Below are positions 49,985 through 63,276 of a stretch of DNA of 64,000 nt, in pieces (the first letter of the stretch is position 1; each line of letters opens with the position of its first letter). This stretch comes from Sphyrna mokarran (taxonomy: Eukaryota), in NCBI GenBank assembly GCA_024679065.1, contig JAGIQG010000011.1:73594001-73658000 (forward strand), written 5' to 3'. The notes under the pieces were generated by a model, which did not search any database, had not been told where the DNA came from, and saw only the letters and a program-made list of their open reading frames with translations. The position numbers and the translations under genes are program-made.

Positions 49985-50130
49985 TGCTCTGCTGACTACA
50001 TCAAAGGAGATGAAGTAGAAAGGGTCAAGAGCTTCAGGTTTTTTAGGTGTCCAGATCACCAATAACCTCTCCTGATTCCCCACATGTTGACACTATAGTT
50101 AAGAAAGCCCACCAATGCCACCTCTACTAC
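49985..50130 (+). mobile_element. Rex1/Babar-like LINE RT fragment
   Basis: Reads YIKGDEVERVKSFRFLGVQITNNLS*..HVDTIVKKAHQ (with frameshifts). Confidence 0.7.
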
Positions 50131-51040
50131 TACTTCTGGCAGCTTGTTCCATACACTCATCACCCTTTGTGTGAAGAAATTGCCCCTCTGTTCACTTTTT
50201 ATCTCTCTCTTCCCACTTTAAACCTATGTCCTTAGTTTTAGACTCCCCTACCTTTGGAAAAGATATTGCCTATCTAGCTGAACTGTGCTCCTCATTATTT
50301 TGTAGATCTATAAGGTCTACAGCCTCCTATGCTCGAGAGAAAAAAAATCCCAGTCTATCCAGCCTCTCCTTATAACTCAGTCCATCAAGTCCTGGTAGCA
50401 TTCTAGTAAATCTTTTCCGCACTCTTTCCAGTTTAACAATACCCTTTCTATAATAGGGTAATCAGAATTGCAAACATAATTCCGAGTATGGCCTTACCAA
50501 TGTCTTGCATCACTACAACAAGACATTCAATATTCTGACCGATGAAACCAAGCATGCCGAATGTCTTCTTCACCACTCTGTCCACCTGTGACTCCACTTT
50601 TAACATGTACCCCTAGATCTCTTTGTTCTGTAACTTTCCCCAACACCCTACCATTAACTGAACAAGTCCTGCCCTGGTTCAATATCAAAATGCATCACAT
50701 TTATCCAAATTAAGCTCCATCTGCCATTCGATAGCCCACTGGCCCAATTGATCAAGATCCCGTTGTAATAACTTTCTTCACTATCCACTTTGCCACTACT
50801 CTTGGTGTCATCTGCAAACTTACTAACCATGCCCCCTATATTCTCATCCAAATCATTCATATAAATGACAAATAACAGTGAGCCCAGCACTAATCCCTGA
50901 GGCACACTGCTGGTCACAGGCCTCCAGTTTGAAAAACAACTCTCTACAACCACCTGTCAAGAAGCCAATTTTGTATCCATTTAGATATCTCGCTCTGGAT
51001 CCCTTGAGATTTAGCTTTATGCAACAACCTACCATGCAGT
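50130..51040 (-). mobile_element. CR1 RT/3' fragment
   Basis: Peptide WRPVTSSVPQGLVLGSLLFVIYMNDLDENIGGMVSKFADDTK. Confidence 0.9.
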
Positions 51041-51446
51041 ACCAAATATAACAAAGGTCACAACAGATTGCATTAGTTTTGTCATTTCAAATACTCTGAA
51101 TGTCTCAAGCTACATTAGCATCATCTGTGGCTATTTTAGCATGTATCAACACTAGATAATGGGTTTCTTAGTTCTTTATTTCATCAATTGCTTGATTATA
51201 AATACATAAATGTTCTGCATGCTTAAATTTCTGTTCTGTCAATGGCTCATATCTAATGCCAAATTTCAACATTTACTAACCAATCCCGTAAATGTGATGA
51301 TCCTTGTGACATTTTTGGGTTTGCTTTCCACAATTGAGATAGATCTTCAGCTTCAGACCTTGATTCAAGAAGGTGTCACATAAGCCAGATAATTTCGGAG
51401 CCTCGGGGGGCGGTTGCTGAGATTTAAATTCTACTGAAGAGCATTA

Positions 51447-51820
51447 GGGGCGGCACATCGGCACAGTGATTAGCACCATGGCCTCACAGCACCAGGGACC
51501 CAGATTCAATTCCAGCTTTGGGTGACTTACGAAGTTTGCACGTTGTCCCTGTGTCTGCATCGGTTTCCTCTACATGCTCCAGTTTTCTCCCACAGTCCAA
51601 AGATGTGGTCATGGTAAATTGCCCCTTAGTGTCTAAAGTGTGTAGGTTATATGGATTGTCTGTGCTAAGTTGCCCTTTAGTCTCCCAAGATGTATAAGAT
51701 TGGGTGGTTAGTGGGCTGAATATTTGATGTTACGAGGATAGTGTTTGGGAGGGATGCTCTGTCAATGCAGACTCGATGGACCGAATGGTCTCCTTCCGTT
51801 CTGTAGGGATTCTATGATTC
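51447..51820 (+). mobile_element. HE1 SINE with internally duplicated module
   Basis: gggcggcaca..; taaRttgcccYttagt..gtgtaRg occurs twice. Confidence 0.9.
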
Positions 51821-52519
51821 ACTGATTCAATGAACATTTGATCAAGGTCAGCAATGTTATTTTTGCATTACACAAGCAACACGCTGTTGTAGTCTTATGA
51901 TCCTGGCTTGCACTGAAATTATTTTGGCACATTGGATATATCAAAGCACATATGGAACCATCTGTAACTGCCAAGTGAAGCACATCTAATTCAGTACATG
52001 CTGAAGTACATTTTTCCATGCAAGACACTAAAGTTTCAGCTTTGCAATTGTGTTTGTGTGTGGTCATGGAATGGGCTCGCCCTTTTGCATTATGAGCCTG
52101 CCTCTTCATTTGTCCAAACACCCTGTTAATGAAAACTGAATAGGAAGACTCAGGCCTATAAGGGTGATAGTGAACTGGACCAGAGTACATGTTACATTTT
52201 TTTAATATTCAAGCTTCAAATTTGGACATTTCAGACAAGTTCACCATTTGTAATAAATGATATTCGCAGCATGGTCAATATTATTTATTAATTACTATTA
52301 TTATTTATTCTATTATTTGGGTAGGCTGTGAGGGCAGGTGGGGTGCTGCGTTCCTGACTGCAGTAATAGGTCAAGGTGAACATAGATTTTCCGACCCCTT
52401 CAGGTAATCAGCAGGAATTTCAATGTCCTTGTGAATGGGCCAAATATCAAGATTCCCGCCAGGCATGAGGGGCCTTGGGATTCACCTGCCCTGCTGTCCC
52501 CAATCTGCGGCTAAGGGAC

Positions 52520-52622
52520 TCAGCTCTGACACAAGGGTCATCCTGACTCGAAATATTAGCCTCTGTTTTTTCTCCAAAGGTGCTGTCAGTCCTGCTGAGA
52601 TTTTTCAGCTTTTTCTGTTTTC
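52520..52622 (+). mobile_element. Penelope family-2 terminus with degenerate hammerhead
   Basis: gctCTGAcacaaGGGTCAtccTGACTCGAAAtattagc..ctgctgagatttttcagc. Confidence 0.75.
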
Positions 52623-53249
52623 GTACCATGTAAGTACTTGTGCTGCTGAAGCCGTGTTCTGGATAGAATAAGGAAAGATGTCAAGATCTTAGGAAATAAA
52701 TGGTTTTGACAATGTTATTTAGATTCAGCCCCATGCAAACATCAGACTAAACTAAATGTTCGTAAAGTCTACAACTGGCTTAGAGGGACTATGATTTGTA
52801 CATAAACACAACTGATTTCTTTGAGAGGATGATAGTTCTTATGTTTGACCTATGAATCATAAAAATTATAGCTTTTTTTTATAAGAGTCTTCTATCTATT
52901 GTGACTGTCCTGGTTATCTCTTTTTCTCTGTCCTTTTTCAAGATCACTTTTATATTTCTCCTTTTCAAATGCTTGCCTTTTTAAATCCTATTGCAGTGTC
53001 TCTTAATTGCGATAGAACATTCAGGACCGAATGTTCAGTGTTTTCACTCAACAGGACAATGACATTCAGAAAATAGTGTCAAATGATCGACAATCCCATT
53101 ATCACCATTGCAATGGCTCTGACATTGTTCCCCAAGACATTGATGAGAGCCTAGGCTCAGGAGGTAGGCTTACTGAAAGCTGGGGGGGTGGGGGGCGGTG
53201 GTAGTCTTTGTAATGTAGGAATCCAATAATAACTTCTGGACTTAACTTT

Positions 53250-53625
53250 ACAGCAGAGAAAGCGAAAGAGAGGATATGGTTGAGGTATATAAGATTATGA
53301 GGAGTATGGGCAGGGTGAGTAGGGAGGAGATGCTTCCATTGGTTGAAGGGTCAATCACAAGAGGCATAATTTTAGGGTAGGGGACAGGAGATTCAGAGGG
53401 GATTTGAGAAAAACATTTTCACTCAGGGAGTGATGGCAATCCCGAACGCACTTCCTGGGGATGTAGTCGAGACTGGAAACCTCCCAATCTTTAAAAAATA
53501 TTTAGATGAACACTTGAAGTAATAACATTCAAAGATATGGGACAAATACAGGAAAATGAGATTAGTGTGCCTTTATTGCAGATATTGTCAGAGCAGACTT
53601 GATGTATGAATCTATGATTCTATAA
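53250..53625 (+). mobile_element. CR1 3' end
   Basis: ttgaggtatataagattatgagg..ttttcactcagg..tctatgattctat. Confidence 0.85.
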
Positions 53626-54039
53626 CTGGCTAGAGGACACATTCCAAGGACATTCTGGCCAGGACGAGCTGGCCACCCAAGTGAAGAGAATACTGGGATA
53701 GATTCCTCTTCATTTGCCTTCTCCAGGCTTCAGTTCAGGCCTCTGCCATTCAAAATCCCCCCATTTCACCCCACCCAGAATGGGAGCCCCTGTTCCCACC
53801 ATTATACCCAACTAGTGCTAAGGCAGCTGAGGCAGCCAACCAATCCAAAAGCACTCAGAGCCCAGCTGTAGCTTCTTTTGTGACGTAAATAAGATCCATC
53901 CTGCAGTATGTCATGACAATCTTGCCATGATGACCAGGTGGCCTGCTGACAAGGAAATATTTCTTCCAATGTCTCCCCTCATTCCTTTAGTCATACACTC
54001 ACACATAGAAACAATTTTTTCACTACTTGTCTTTTCAAA

Positions 54040-55118
54040 ACCTTTCATACCTCTGAATGAATCTATCTGATTTCCATTAATCTTCCCTGTTTCAAAAGAA
54101 AGAAATGTTTCTTGAGCTTTTCTCTGTTATCAGCAGCTCTTTATTGTATTATTCAGTTGAATCCCTGCTCTCCCTCACAGCTATTCTCAATACTTGTCAG
54201 TAAATCTGATATCCAGATCGAGCTTCACGTGATAATCCAACTGTGTCCGAACAAATATCTTGCACAAATTCAATGTCACTTCCTTGCCTTTATATTCAAT
54301 GTTCACATGTATAAATCCGAGCATCTCATCGAAAGGAAGAGAGAATTTATATTTATAAGAACATAAGAAATAGGAGCAGGGGTATGCCATCTAGCCCTTT
54401 GAGTCTGCCCCACCATTCAATAAGATCATGGATGATCTACAGTGGATCAGTTCCACTTTCCTGCTTTCTCCCTATAACCCTCACTTGTCTATCAGAAATC
54501 TATCTACCCATGACTGAAGTAGCCTCCATCACTTCAATTTGCAGAGAATTCCAGAGATTTACCACTGAGTGAAGAAGTTCCTTCCCAACTCTGTTCTAAA
54601 CTGCCCCTCCGCCTTATTTTAAGGCTGTGACCTTTAGTTCTGTTTTCCTTTCTAAGCGAAAGAATTTCTCCACCTCTACCCCATCTAACCCCTTCATTAT
54701 CTTGTAAGTTTCTATAAGATCCCCTCTCTGCTTTCTAAACTCCAACTAGTACAGGGCCAGTCTCTTTAATCTCTCCTCATAAGCTAACCCCCTCATCTCT
54801 GGTATCAGCATGGTCAACCTTCTCTGCACTCCCTCCAAGGCCAATATCTTCTTTCGCAAACAAGGAGACCAAAACTGCACACACAACTCCAGTTGCAGCC
54901 CCACCAGTGCCTTGTGCAGTTGCAGCAAGACTTCCCTGCTTTTATATTCCATCCCCCTCGCAATAAAAGCCAACATTCAATTCACCTTCTTGATTACCTG
55001 CTGCATCTGTTGCATCTGCAGACTGAGTTTTTGCAATTTGTGCACAAGGACCCCCAGGTCCCTCTGTACAATAGCATGCTGTAGCTTTTCACCCTTTAAA
55101 TAATATTCCTTCCTACTA
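54040..55118 (-). mobile_element. Two adjacent CR1 fragments (old 54040-54340; younger 54355-55118)
   Basis: Peptide MLAFIARGMEYKSREVLLQL..EGVQRRLTMLIPEMRGLAYEERL. Confidence 0.9.
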
Positions 55119-55119
55119 C

Positions 55120-55345
55120 TATTTATACAGCACTTCTTTGATTCAAGACTTTTTAATGCTTTACTACCAATTAAATATTTCTGATGTGCAGTTGCTGTTG
55201 TTCTGTAGATAAACATGGTGACCAAATTGCACACAGAAAGGTCCCATAAAGAACATTGAATGACAAGTTTGGCTGTTTTCATAGTATTGACCAAGATACT
55301 AATGGAATTGCTCTTGCCTTCAGATAGAATCATGGTCTCCATCTG
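55120..55345 (-). mobile_element. Old SINE/L2-type tail (SacSINE1-like)
   Basis: Reverse complement resembles 9330-9530. Confidence 0.55.
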
Positions 55346-55844
55346 AGCCGACAGTGTAAGGTTTACCCGTGCAGTGAATTTTTCTGTTGTTTAAAAGTTA
55401 AAAAGAAGAAAGCTCTCTTCTGTTGTTTAAAGTATATTGTGCTTACAAAAATAATGTTTAGTCAATTTGCTTTGTGCTTGATGATATAGTAAAAGCTTTA
55501 AAAAAATGACATTTTGCTATGTTATCCATGTAGCTACAAATTGGAAGTTCAAATTTCCGGTTTTACAAATTATCCATCTCTAAGGGGATCATAATAAGGG
55601 GATGTGGTTGGATTCTCTCTTCTTGGATGTGGTCATTGTCTGGTATTAGTATAGCATAAAAATCACTTGCCACTTATCAGTCCAAGCCTAAATGTGGTCC
55701 AGCTCTTGCATATGGACAAGGACTACTTCATCTGAGAAGCATCTAAGAAATCACAAATGATATTAAATAGTGTGCAAGTATCAGTGAATGTTCCCACTTC
55801 TGATCTTATGATAGAGGGAAACTCATTAATAAAGCAGCTAAAAG

Positions 55845-56115
55845 TTTTTATTTATTTGTGTCACAGATTTGCATCAGCATAGCAATGAAGTTACCACACT
55901 CTAGCCCCTGTTTTGGTACACTGAGGGAGAATTGATTATTGCCAGTACAACTAACCAGCATGTCGTTTAGACAATGGGAGAAAACTGAAACACCCAGAGG
56001 AAACACACACAGACACGGGAAGAACATGCAGACTCCATACAGACAGTGACCCAAGCCAGCAATTGAATCTGTGTCCCTGACACTGTGAGGTAGCAGTGGT
56101 AACCACTGTGCCACC
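55845..56115 (-). mobile_element. HE1 SINE (tail B)
   Basis: tttatttatttgtgtcacag..gcaatgaagttac..aaccactgtgccacc. Confidence 0.9.
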
Positions 56116-56129
56116 TGGTATTTAACATA

Positions 56130-57077
56130 GGGTGGAATTTTACAAGATTTTTTTCTCAATATCCAACTAGTCTGAAACTGAGAGTTCCGGATCCATTTTT
56201 TAGATGAGTTTTCGCACCCAATCTTATGCACTCTATCTCTATAAAAATGGGCTAGTCAGTTTCTAGCTGGACAGGCTTAACTCACCAGCCAGCCTGTAGG
56301 GGGGAGTAGTGTGCATATGTAGACCTTTGCTGCTGCTTGTGTGTATTAACAGTAGCAGGAGTCTGACAGACAGAGAACTGTCAGGCCCCTGCTGCTGCAG
56401 GAAGACTCAACTAGCTCCTCCTCCCCGCAATTGCACATGAGATGCAGTCCCCACCACCCAGATTGATTGTGGCCTGCAGCCCAGATGCTCTGTGCCCCAC
56501 CAGTCGAGGCCTTCATCCCTCACCTACTGACCACATGCCAAATGGTAGTGGGTCGCCACTATCCCATTTGCATATCCCCATTGGCTTCACCCCTGGCCAG
56601 TCCTACAAGCCCCAACCCCCACAGGTCCTGACCAATAGCCCACTACCCATGGTCTTGCCCCTACATGCCCTGGCCCCTATTGGCCCCACTCACTGGCACT
56701 GCCTGGTGAACATTGCCCAGGTGCCAGGATGGCACTGCCATTCTGGCACAGCCCAACGGACACCCCTGCCTTGCATGTGGCCTCTCCGGGAGGCCTCTGG
56801 TTCCATCAGCGAGGTCAACACAACTGAACCCCATTCATGGGGAGCAGGGGCTTTCCTCGCCAGAGACAACCTCTCCCGGTGAGACCATAAAGCCAAGCAA
56901 GCCTGGACAATTGAACGCTTGCTGAGAATACACATTGAAATGAGCAAACCGATAAATTTAAATCAATCAAATGGCTTCTTGCCATTTCCAGCGCCGTTCA
57001 CACCAGCCACTTTATACCTGGTTTTATGACATTTTCACGCTGCAAAATGGGTGTAAAGCTGCAGTAAAATTCCACCC
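56130..57077. mobile_element. Non-autonomous TIR DNA transposon (PIF/Harbinger-like), 948 bp
   Basis: Perfect 14 bp TIRs GGGTGGAATTTTAC (56130-56143) / GTAAAATTCCACCC (57064-57077); 3 bp TSD not conserved. Confidence 0.8.
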
Positions 57078-57729
57078 GTTGTGTTTATCCAATCTTTAAT
57101 TTCTGGAACTTAGCCAGCTTGGTAACTGTATTGCCAAATGGGAACTTTTCCTTGGCATAAGACCTCTGGGTTGACTGTATTATTCCATTTTCTCAAGACA
57201 TGGTAGAACACATTAATGTGAATGAGCCACACTTTGTTTTACGGCAATCTATTACCACAGAGACATTTGGAGATGAATAAGTATTGTGATATGTTTTGAT
57301 ACCAGAGAGGTTGAATGGTTATGTACTTTTGACCCACGGGAAACCTCAAGGGTGAATGGGGTCTGCAGCTGTCAAATGTGGCAGCTGCTTTTCATACAAC
57401 TGATAAACTCAACTGGCATAACTAAGCAAAGATTTCCAGTCTAATTTGTGATTTGGTCAGATTCACTTGCAGCATTAAAACTCTGGATTACAGTTGACAG
57501 TGTGTGCGTGCACTGTTTAGCCTCAGAGCCTTTGTGGATCAAAAATGTGGTATCATTAAACGTCTGCAAGCATCAAATTTAAAGCATCATTTATTCCTCA
57601 TTAAACTTTTCTACATAAATAGAATACTTCCTTTCAAAAATCATGTTAATATTTTTCACTGTCTGATTCTTTTTTTGAAAAATGGTCAAGAAATAATCAG
57701 ACCAAAATACTTAATTCACATAAAACTGT

Positions 57730-59450
57730 GAGGGCAAATCTCCGACCTCATCATGCCAAGCGCAGGTCACGCCAATCCCAGAAAATAGTGTGCGGAAAAA
57801 TATTTGTGCAGATGGCATCATGCTGCAACCTGCGAAAGGAAGATACAACCATGTGGGAGTCCATTGGTGATCATTTGGGTGCATGGGCAGTGCCCTTTGT
57901 TGCTGAGGCAATTGATGTGTTAACGGCAGCAGCCAATTGAGATGGCACATGGCATTGGCAAGGGTGTCGGATTGCCAGGATCCAGAGTCATGGGGACATG
58001 GGGTACTGAAGGGCTCTGGATGGATAACCTTTCAGGTATGGACATTCCAGGTGTGACCGCTGCCAGGATGTGACAGATAAACACTGTTGTGGGGTAAATC
58101 GAAATGACCGGTATTGTCTTAACCGTAGACAATTCAAAACTCATGAGGCAACTATCTCTGTCCTAAGATGTAACATTTATTCAAAACAAAAATTAGCATG
58201 TGCAAGGAGATCACCAAAAGGTTTAATTAGCTCTCAGAGCAACAGAATCTCTCCATTCCTGATGTATACAAGCAAAAATGAATCAATTACAGTTTTTCTT
58301 ATAAATTATTCCTACTGTACATTAATTTAAAATCAATTACATTCAGTATTCACACATATCAGTAATATCTCTGACATTTACCCCAGCCAACTGCATTCCG
58401 GCATCCAGAATAATGATATATCATTTGATTATTTATTCCAGATGCTAATTCCCATCTTGGCTAAAGTCACTTCCTTGTTGCCTGGTTACCCTGCACACTT
58501 GCTACAAAAGTCAAAGTTGACTTTACCAGTGGATCATTACCAAAATAGATAAACACATAATCCTACTTTCAGATACATCCTTATCTTAAGTCTAGACAAT
58601 GAATAAACCAATTCATTAATGTTGCAAGATATGTTCCCTCAAAAGAAACTTCCTGATATGAATTTTCGTGAACTATGGGTTCCCAGGCCTTTGGCTCTGA
58701 ACTATTCACCTTTCCCATTATTCCTTACGGTAATCCCCTTTTGGTTGAAGTGAGCAATGATTCAATACTTAAAATACTTTAAAATATTGTTATATATGCT
58801 TTAAAATCATAATACTTATTTAATTCTCTCACTGCATTCACATATGTGTAAACTATTCTCCCATGAGCTAGTGAACTTGTTTCAAGAATCATTTAACTCT
58901 TTAATAGTGGTCCTGTCAGTGTCTTACGTAATCCATCTAAAAACCTTACTAAGTGGTTAAAAATTTCCATTTCAGATACTCACTCTTGCAACCTGAATGA
59001 GGTTGTTCATATTCTTCTGGCGTTGGGCACTGATCCGCCGTGTCAGACTGTGGGCAATGAGTGTTGCAGCCACCTCTTGCCAGGTCACATTCGAGTCCCT
59101 GCTCCTAGCTTGTCTGCCCTCTCGGGGATACAAGATGGCCCACCTCTCCTCCACGGTGTCTAATAGCCACCCTAGACCTCCCTCCATGAAACGTGGGGAT
59201 AGTCCACCTTCTTGGCATGACTGTATATGTGTCCAGGGGGAGTGTCCCCTTATTAACAGAACACAGCTGTGGCCAGTTTCAGCAAGTTGCATGCTCTGAG
59301 ACTCCAGGATGATATGTTTCATGTGGAGGTTCTTTCAGTGCACTAAGTGTGGGAGATTGGGGTGTGGCATGCACCAAAGAGACTGGCATAGATCGCTCCT
59401 GGTTCCTCGCAGTCATGACACTTAGAAATGTTTTGGGAGGATTTTGCCCA
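57730..59450 (-). mobile_element. Harbinger relic with Myb/SANT exon 1, interrupted by an AT-rich insert
   Basis: 58984-59210 reads PRFMEGGLGWLLDTVEERWAILYPREGR..WQEVAATLIAHSLTRRISAQRQKNMNNL, followed by donor GTGAGT; ends gagggcaaat.. (57729) and ..attttgccc (59449). Confidence 0.7.
58069..58830 (-). mobile_element. Possible solo LTR
   Basis: Sharp AT-rich block with TG..CA ends and antisense aataaa near 58177; TSD not evident. Confidence 0.4.
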
Positions 59451-60332
59451 ATGATTTAAAAATATACATTAAAGTCGCTTCTCATTAAATTCCTCAAGTA
59501 ATGCTCAAACATTTCACAAATCTGCCTAATTTTTGTTTAAGTAGAGGATTGATGGTCAGGTTGAGTTTTTTTAAAAAAATTCTAACTCCGTGGCTGACTT
59601 GGAATGGAAGAGATGAAAGATAAAGACAGAATTTGTCTTTGTCAGAGATGACAAGCTAGACATCTCCATGAACAAGGCTAATTGGATAATTCATGAGTGA
59701 CGAATAAGTCACTACAGGGTCATGACTGAACATGCTTACGGCACATTGTGATTAACTTTGACATATTTTATTTGTAACAATACCAGATTTTCAGCCTGAA
59801 CACAAATTGACTTAAATTAGTGCTTTGTAGCACAAGAAACTCATTTGGAAGCACTCTGACTTGACACTTTGGTGTTGTAACACCATACAGCAAAAACCTG
59901 ATTTTTAAATTCTACTGATAAGTCTTTAAGCATTGTGCACTTGTCGCTTAAAAAAAACTTGATGTGACCTGTTTGATAAGGGACACAAGTGGGAACATTG
60001 CCAGGATTGCCATGTTAATCTAGTTTTTCTTGTAATTTTTACAAATCGGGTGATTATAGGTCTGACCTCGCAGTCTGAGAACTGCTTTGCTGAGACCATT
60101 GCTTTCTACGTGTTACATCCTCCACTGCACAAATGAGCTGACTCCGTATGGCATTACAAGGTCATCTCTTTCTGCTTTCAGTGCTCTGCATATGATACTT
60201 CTGGGAACGCTGAAGGAACTGCAGAGGGCCTGAACCTTTGAGTAACAGCCACTAATGAAAGGCTGTTGGCAGCTCAAGGAACACTTCCATTTTTAATCCC
60301 AATGGAATAAGCGACAATATTAGGCAAATAAT

Positions 60333-60638
60333 CGTGGAATCCTTACAGTGCAGAAGGAGGCCATTGGCCCATTGAGTCTGTGCTGACAACAATCCCATCC
60401 AAGCTCTATTCCTGTACTCCCACACATTGACCCTGCTAATCCTCCTGACACTGAGGCTCAGTTTAGCATGGCCAATCAACCTAATCCGCACATCTTTGGA
60501 GTGTAGGAGGAAATCAGAATAACCAGAGGAAATCCACGTAAACATGGGAAGAATGTGTAAACTCCACACAGCCACCCAAGGCCGGAATTGAACTTAGGCC
60601 CCTGATGCTGTGAGACAGCAGTGCTAACCACTGTGCCC
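60333..60638 (-). mobile_element. HE1 SINE
   Basis: ggaatccttacagtgcagaaggaggcc..gtgctaaccactgtgcc. Confidence 0.9.
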
Positions 60639-60721
60639 ATCTAAGTAGTGAAGCACATTTTCTGGCTTTTTGAGGCCGAAAAGCAAAGCAGAAAGCAAAA
60701 TGATTGATTCTGCCAAAGAGT

Positions 60722-62819
60722 GAGATTTAGGATATGTAGGTTGGAATAGGAAACTGCAGGGGCTGGGAACATCTGAAATTTAGAGCTCATTCAAGGAGCA
60801 GCTACTGTGAGTCCTTGATAAATATGTACCTGTCAGGCAAGGTCAAGCGAGGGAACCGTGGTGTACTAAGGAAATTGAATCTCTGAAGAGGAAGAAGGAG
60901 GCTTATGTAAAGATGAGATGTGAAGGCTCAGTTAGAGCACTAGAGAGTTATAAATTAGCTGGGAAGGATCTAAAGGGAGAGTTAGGAAGAGCTAGAAGAG
61001 GACATGAGAAGTCTTTGGCGGATAGGATCAAGGAGAACCCTAAAGCTTTCTGTAGATATATCAAGAATAAAAGATTGGTTAGGGCAAGATTACGGCCAGT
61101 CAGAGACAGCAATGGAAAGTTGTGCGTGGAGCCTGAAGAGATAGGAGAGACACTGAGTATTTTTCATCAGTATTCATGCAAGAAAAAGTCAGTGTAGTCG
61201 AGGAGAATACTGAGATACAGGGTTGTAGACTAGATGGGATTAAGGTACATAAGGAGGAGGTGTTAGCTATTCTTGAGAGTATGATAATAGATAAATCCCC
61301 TGGGCTGGATGGGACTTACCCTAGGGTTCTCTGGGAGGCTAGGGAGGAGATTGCAGGGCCTTTAGCTTCATGTTGTCATTGACTACAGGTATAGTGCCAG
61401 AAGACTGGAGGATAGCAAATGTTGTCTCCTTGTTCAAGAAGGGGAGTAGAGACCATCCTGAGAATTATAAACCGGTGAGCCTTACTTCTGCTGTGGGCAA
61501 AGTTTTAGAAAGAATTATAAGGGATAGGATTTATAATAATCTAGAGAGAAATAAATTGATTAGGGGATAGTCAACACGGTTTTGTGAAGGGTAGGTCGTG
61601 CCTCACAAACCTTATTGAGCTTTTTGAAAAGGTGGCCAAAGAAGTGGATAAGGGTAAGGCAGTTGGCATATATGGATATGGATTTTAGTAAAGCGTTTGA
61701 TAAGGTTCCCCATGGTATGCTACTACAGAAAATGCAGATGCATGGGACTGAGGGTGATTTAGCAGTTTGGATCAGGAATTGGCTAGTTGATAGAAGACAG
61801 AAAGTGGTGGTTGATAGGAAATATTCAACTTGGAGTTCAGTTACAAGTGGTGTACCTCAGGGATCTGTTTTGGGGCTACAGCTGTTTGTCATTTTCATAA
61901 ATGACCTAAATGAGAGTGTTGAAGGATGGGTTAGTAAATTTGCTGACCAAAGTGGGGAGAGTTGTAGACAGCGAGAATGGATGTTACAGTTTGCAGAGGG
62001 ACATAGACAAGCTGCAGAGCTGGGCTGAGAGGTGGCAAATGGAATTTAATATGGAAAAGTGTGAGGTGATTCACTTTGGTAAGAGTAACAGGAGTGCAGA
62101 ATATAGGGCTAATGGTAGGACTCTTAGTAATGTTGACGAGCAGAGAGATCTTGGTGTACATGTGCATAGCTCCCTGTAAGCTGGCACTCAGGTTGATAAG
62201 GTTGTTGAGAAGGCATACGGTGTGTTAGCTTTTATTGGTAGAGGGATTGAATTTTGGAGCCATGAGATCATGTTGCAACTGTACAAAACTCTGCTACGGC
62301 AGCACTTGGAGTATGGCGTACAATTCTGATCGCCGTATTATAAAAAAGATGTGGAGGTATTGGAAAGGGTGCGGAGGAGGTTTACCAGGATGTTGGCTGG
62401 TATGGTGGGAAGGTCTTATGAGGAAAGGCTGAGGGACTTCATTGGAGAGAAGAAGGTTAAGAGGTGACCTAATTGAGGCATTCAAGATGATCAGAGGTTT
62501 AGACAGGATAGACAGTGAGAGCATTTTTCCTCGGATGGTGATGGCTAGTATGAGGAGACATAGCTTTAAATTAAGGGGTAATAATTATAGGACAGATGTC
62601 AGAGGTCGGTTCTTTTCTCAGAGGGTAGTAAGGGCGTGGAATGCTCTGCCTGCAGCAGTTGTGGACTCGCCAACTTGAAGGGCATTCAAATGGTCAGTGG
62701 ATGGGGATATGGATAACATTGGAATAATTCAGGTTAGAGGGTCATTAAATTGGTTCCACTGGTCAGCGCAACATCAAGGGCTGAAGAGCCTGTATTCCGC
62801 TATAATGTTCTATGTTCTA
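60722..62819 (+). mobile_element. Longest CR1 LINE copy (~2.1 kb, 5'-truncated, frameshifted ORF2 RT)
   Basis: Peptides IKENPKAF.., KSPGLDG.., VPEDWRIANVVSLFKKG.., DFSKAFDKVPH, SGVPQGSVLG, SKFAD, RRRLRGDLI; tail tgttctatgttct. Confidence 0.95.
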
Positions 62820-62919
62820 CTACTTGTTTGTGCAAGTTTACTACATGTAAATTCACTGCCATACTTCAAGCATGACAAAACTTTAAAAGTATTTCATTTG
62901 CAGGATGTCCTAAAGTGTC

Positions 62920-63268
62920 AGATGGCACAGTGGTTAGCATTGCCTCCTCACAGCACCAAGGACCTGGGTTTGATTCCAGCCTTGGGTGACTATGTGAAGT
63001 TCCCACATTTTCCCCGTATCTGCTTGGGTTTCTTCCAGGTACTTTGGTTTTCTCCCACAGTCTAAAGGTGTGCAGGCCAGATGGATTGACTATGATAAAT
63101 TCTCTTTTAGTGACCCAAAATGTGTAGGTTAGATGGATTAGCCATGGTAAGTACGTGGAGTTACAGAAATAGAGGAGAGGAGAGGGATTGGGTAAGGTAC
63201 TCTGTCAGAGAGTTGATGTAGACCCAATGGGTAGAATGCTCTCCTTTTGCATCATAGGGAATCTATGT
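62920..63268 (+). mobile_element. HE1 SINE
   Basis: atggcacagtggttagcattgcc..gggaatctatg. Confidence 0.9.
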
Positions 63269-63276
63269 CCTGATGT

